64,000 bases of DNA, taken from assembly GCF_013122565.1 (NCBI RefSeq), contig NZ_CP053258.1; one strand, written 5' to 3'. Made by a program: the position numbers and the translations under genes. The number at the start of each line of letters is the position of its first letter. Position 1 is the first letter of the stretch. Source of the stretch: Escherichia coli. Lineage in GTDB: Bacteria; Pseudomonadota; Gammaproteobacteria; Enterobacterales; Enterobacteriaceae. Shown here one piece after another: positions 61,731 through 64,000 of the stretch. A model generated the notes under the pieces. That model was not told the origin of the DNA. It was given only the letters and a program-made list of their open reading frames with translations, and ran no database searches.

Positions 61731-64000
61731 ATCAGGTATCTGGCCTGGCTGGAAAGGAATCTTTCATTCTTACCCGTATTGAGTTGTTCAACTGGGGCGG
61801 TTTTCATGGATTGCATCAGGCAGCAATCCATCAGGATGGTACCGCCGTTATTGGCCCAACCGGGAGCGGAAAAACGACGTTGGTCGATGCCCTGATGACG
61901 CTGCTCTGCGCCAATCCTCGCTACAATCTTGCCTCAACCGGCGGCCATGAAAGCGACAGGGATCTTATCTCTTACGTGCGTGGCGTATCCGGCCCCGGTG
62001 ATGGCGGTGAGGGGCAATCGCATATTGCCAGACCGGGTAAAACCGTGACAGGTATTGCCGCTACGCTGGAGCGCGAAGGAAAGCAGGTCCGTCTGGGGGC
62101 GTTATTGTGGTTTGATTCCACCAGTTCCAGCGTGACGGATATGAAAAGGCTCTGGCTGTTCAGTGATAATCCCGGGCAGACGCTGGAGCACTGGCTAAAC
62201 GTTTACCATGAGGGTGGTACACGTTTGCTCCGACAGATGGAAAAAGAAGCCATCGGGCTTTGGACATACCCGAATAAAAAGCAGTATCTGGCGCGCCTGC
62301 GGGATTTCTTCGAGGTGGGGGAAAACGCGTTTACGTTGTTAAACCGGGCGGCAGGGTTAAAACAACTCAACAGTATTGATGAGATTTTTCGCGAGCTGGT
62401 GTTAGACGATCACTCCGCCTTTGATCGCGCGGCTGAAGTGGCCAATAGTTTTGATGGTCTGACTGAGATTCATCAGGAACTGGAAACCGCTCGCAAACAA
62501 CAGCAGTCTTTACAACCTGTCGCCCTGAGCTGGGAGAAGTACCAAAAGCAAGAGCGTCAACTGGCTGACTGGCTGACGCTGGAATCGCTGTTACCCCTCT
62601 GGTTTGCACAACAGGCAAGCCACCTCTGGCGGGAAAAGATTAACCTTCTTAACGCAAGGCTCGCTGAGGCACAAACCAGCGAAGAACAGCTCCAGTCACA
62701 GCTTGATTTGCAAAAAAAGGTGGTTAGCGACTGTATGCAGCGCTATCTCCAGGTCGGCGGTGCCAATATTGATGAACTGAACGAGCGTATCAAGGACTGG
62801 CAAAAAACGCTCGGCAGTCGAGAGGCCTTGGCACGTCAATATCAACAGCTGACCCGTAACCTTGGATTGCCGTCTGATCTGAGCCAACCACAGCTGGAGG
62901 CGAATCAGCATGAAGCCGAGGCCCGATGTGAGCAGATCGCCGTTGATATAAAGTTAAAACAGGAAGAAGCGTATCAAAAAGGTGCGCTTAGCCATCACAT
63001 TACCGAAGAGCTTCGGGAACGGGAAAATGAACGCGCCGAGATCGCGCGTCGCCCGGATTCTAACCTTCCCGCACATTATCAGGCGTTTCGTAGTGAGCTG
63101 GCAAAAGCGTTGAACGTGGATGAGTCTGAACTGCCTTTCGTCGCTGAACTGATACAGGTTAAACCGGAAGAGGCGCAATGGCGCGGTGCGATTGAGCGTG
63201 CTGTCGGGAGTAACAGGCTGCGTATTCTGGTTGCGCCTGAATCGGCACAGGAAGCGCTGCGCTGGGTAAATCAGCGCAACAACCGTCTGCATGTGCGGCT
63301 ACTGGAGGTCAAATTACCGCACTCTCCCGCCCGGTTTTTCGACGATGGCTTTACCCGCAAGCTGTTGTGGAAAGATCATCCGTGGCGAGAGGCCGTCAAA
63401 GCATTACTGGCCGAAAGCGACAGGCATTGTGTTGACAGCCCTGAACAACTGCATGACACGCCTCATGCTATGACGGTGCAGGGATTAATGTCTGGTAAAC
63501 AGCGTTTTTATGACAAGCATGATCAGAAACGCCTTGATGAAGACTGGCTGACGGGATTCGATAACCGCGATCGCCTGAACTTCCTTGCTAAAGAAATTGC
63601 CACGCTTCAGGAGCAGGTTAAAACCGCAAACGCGGCATTTGAGTTTGCGAAAGGCGAGGTGGGGCTTTTGCAAAATCAGGCTGCTTCCTTCCAGAAAATA
63701 GAACAAATTGATTTCGATAGCATCGATGTTCCCGGCGCGAAGAGCCAACTGGACGCGCTCAGGGAGCGGCTGGAAAATCTGACCCGCCCGGATTCTGACG
63801 CCAGTGTAGCGAAAGCAAAACTTGATGAGGCTCAAACGATTGAATCTGAACTCGATAAGCAGCTCAGAGCTGCCAATAAAGTCACTAACGTGCTGGATAC
63901 AGAACTCACATTAGCCCGTGCCGCGGAACGTAAGGCCCAGCAAACTGCACAACAAGGTATGAAGGAAGAAGAGCGAGAGTTGTGCGCGTCACATTTTCCA
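61727..64000 (+). CDS. jetC: Wadjet JetC-like SMC-family ATPase, 3'-truncated by window end
   Basis: Uninterrupted frame for 758 codons to the window end; ATG overlaps the jetB stop; N-terminal Walker A GPTGSGKTT; long predicted coiled-coil region. Confidence 0.6.
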   Translation, partial: MNQVSGLAGKESFILTRIELFNWGGFHGLHQAAIHQDGTAVIGPTGSGKTTLVDALMTLLCANPRYNLASTGGHESDRDLISYVRGVSGPGDGGEGQSHIARPGKTVTGIAATLEREGKQVRLGALLWFDSTSSSVTDMKRLWLFSDNPGQTLEHWLNVYHEGGTRLLRQMEKEAIGLWTYPNKKQYLARLRDFFEVGENAFTLLNRAAGLKQLNSIDEIFRELVLDDHSAFDRAAEVANSFDGLTEIHQELETARKQQQSLQPVALSWEKYQKQERQLADWLTLESLLPLWFAQQASHLWREKINLLNARLAEAQTSEEQLQSQLDLQKKVVSDCMQRYLQVGGANIDELNERIKDWQKTLGSREALARQYQQLTRNLGLPSDLSQPQLEANQHEAEARCEQIAVDIKLKQEEAYQKGALSHHITEELRERENERAEIARRPDSNLPAHYQAFRSELAKALNVDESELPFVAELIQVKPEEAQWRGAIERAVGSNRLRILVAPESAQEALRWVNQRNNRLHVRLLEVKLPHSPARFFDDGFTRKLLWKDHPWREAVKALLAESDRHCVDSPEQLHDTPHAMTVQGLMSGKQRFYDKHDQKRLDEDWLTGFDNRDRLNFLAKEIATLQEQVKTANAAFEFAKGEVGLLQNQAASFQKIEQIDFDSIDVPGAKSQLDALRERLENLTRPDSDASVAKAKLDEAQTIESELDKQLRAANKVTNVLDTELTLARAAERKAQQTAQQGMKEEERELCASHFP

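Noticed and set aside
59479-64000. Housekeeping condensin mukF-mukE-mukB
   Set aside because: The gene order is MukFEB-like, but the sequences do not match the MukF/MukE/MukB N-termini I recall, the sizes differ, and the context (after glcA) is not the smtA-mukFEB locus; interpreted as a Wadjet/MksBEF-type paralogue instead.

Overview
This window is an Escherichia-type chromosomal segment, reverse-complemented relative to the usual E. coli K-12 map. The conserved backbone runs ygiS(3' part)-parC-plsC-ftsP-ygiQ-yqhH-yqhG-dkgA-yqhD-yqhC-yghB-metC-exbBD-yghA-yqhA-yghZ-yghX-yghW-hybOABCDEFG-yghU-gss-pitB-yghTSRQ ... yghO-glcC-glcDEFGBA. All gene identities come from reading the ORF translations and recalling the E. 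coli proteins; nothing was searched. Against that backbone I see several accessory insertions that, as far as I recall, are absent from K-12. (1) Two tandem paralogous AT-rich genes between ftsP and ygiQ, each with N-terminal transmembrane helices and an ankyrin-like C-terminal region. (2) A YqhG-like secreted paralogue plus a small acidic protein between ygiQ and yqhH. (3) Most interesting: a ~9 kb block between yghQ and yghO. It encodes an LptF/LptG-like permease pair, a YtfJ-like periplasmic protein and an unknown 274-aa protein, then a convergent operon of fatty acyl-AMP ligase, NAD(P)-dependent reductase, acyl carrier protein and a PLP-dependent alpha-oxoamine synthase. With the neighbouring YghO acyltransferase-like protein this gene set resembles bacterial sphingolipid/ceramide-type lipid synthesis and suggests a dedicated lipid synthesis-and-export system. 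(4) After glcA, a MukFEB-paralogous three-gene module matching Wadjet JetA-JetB-JetC (a known anti-plasmid defence system), cut off by the window end. No rRNA, tRNA, CRISPR array, transposase or prophage integrase was recognised. REP/BIME repeats and several hairpin terminators are present.
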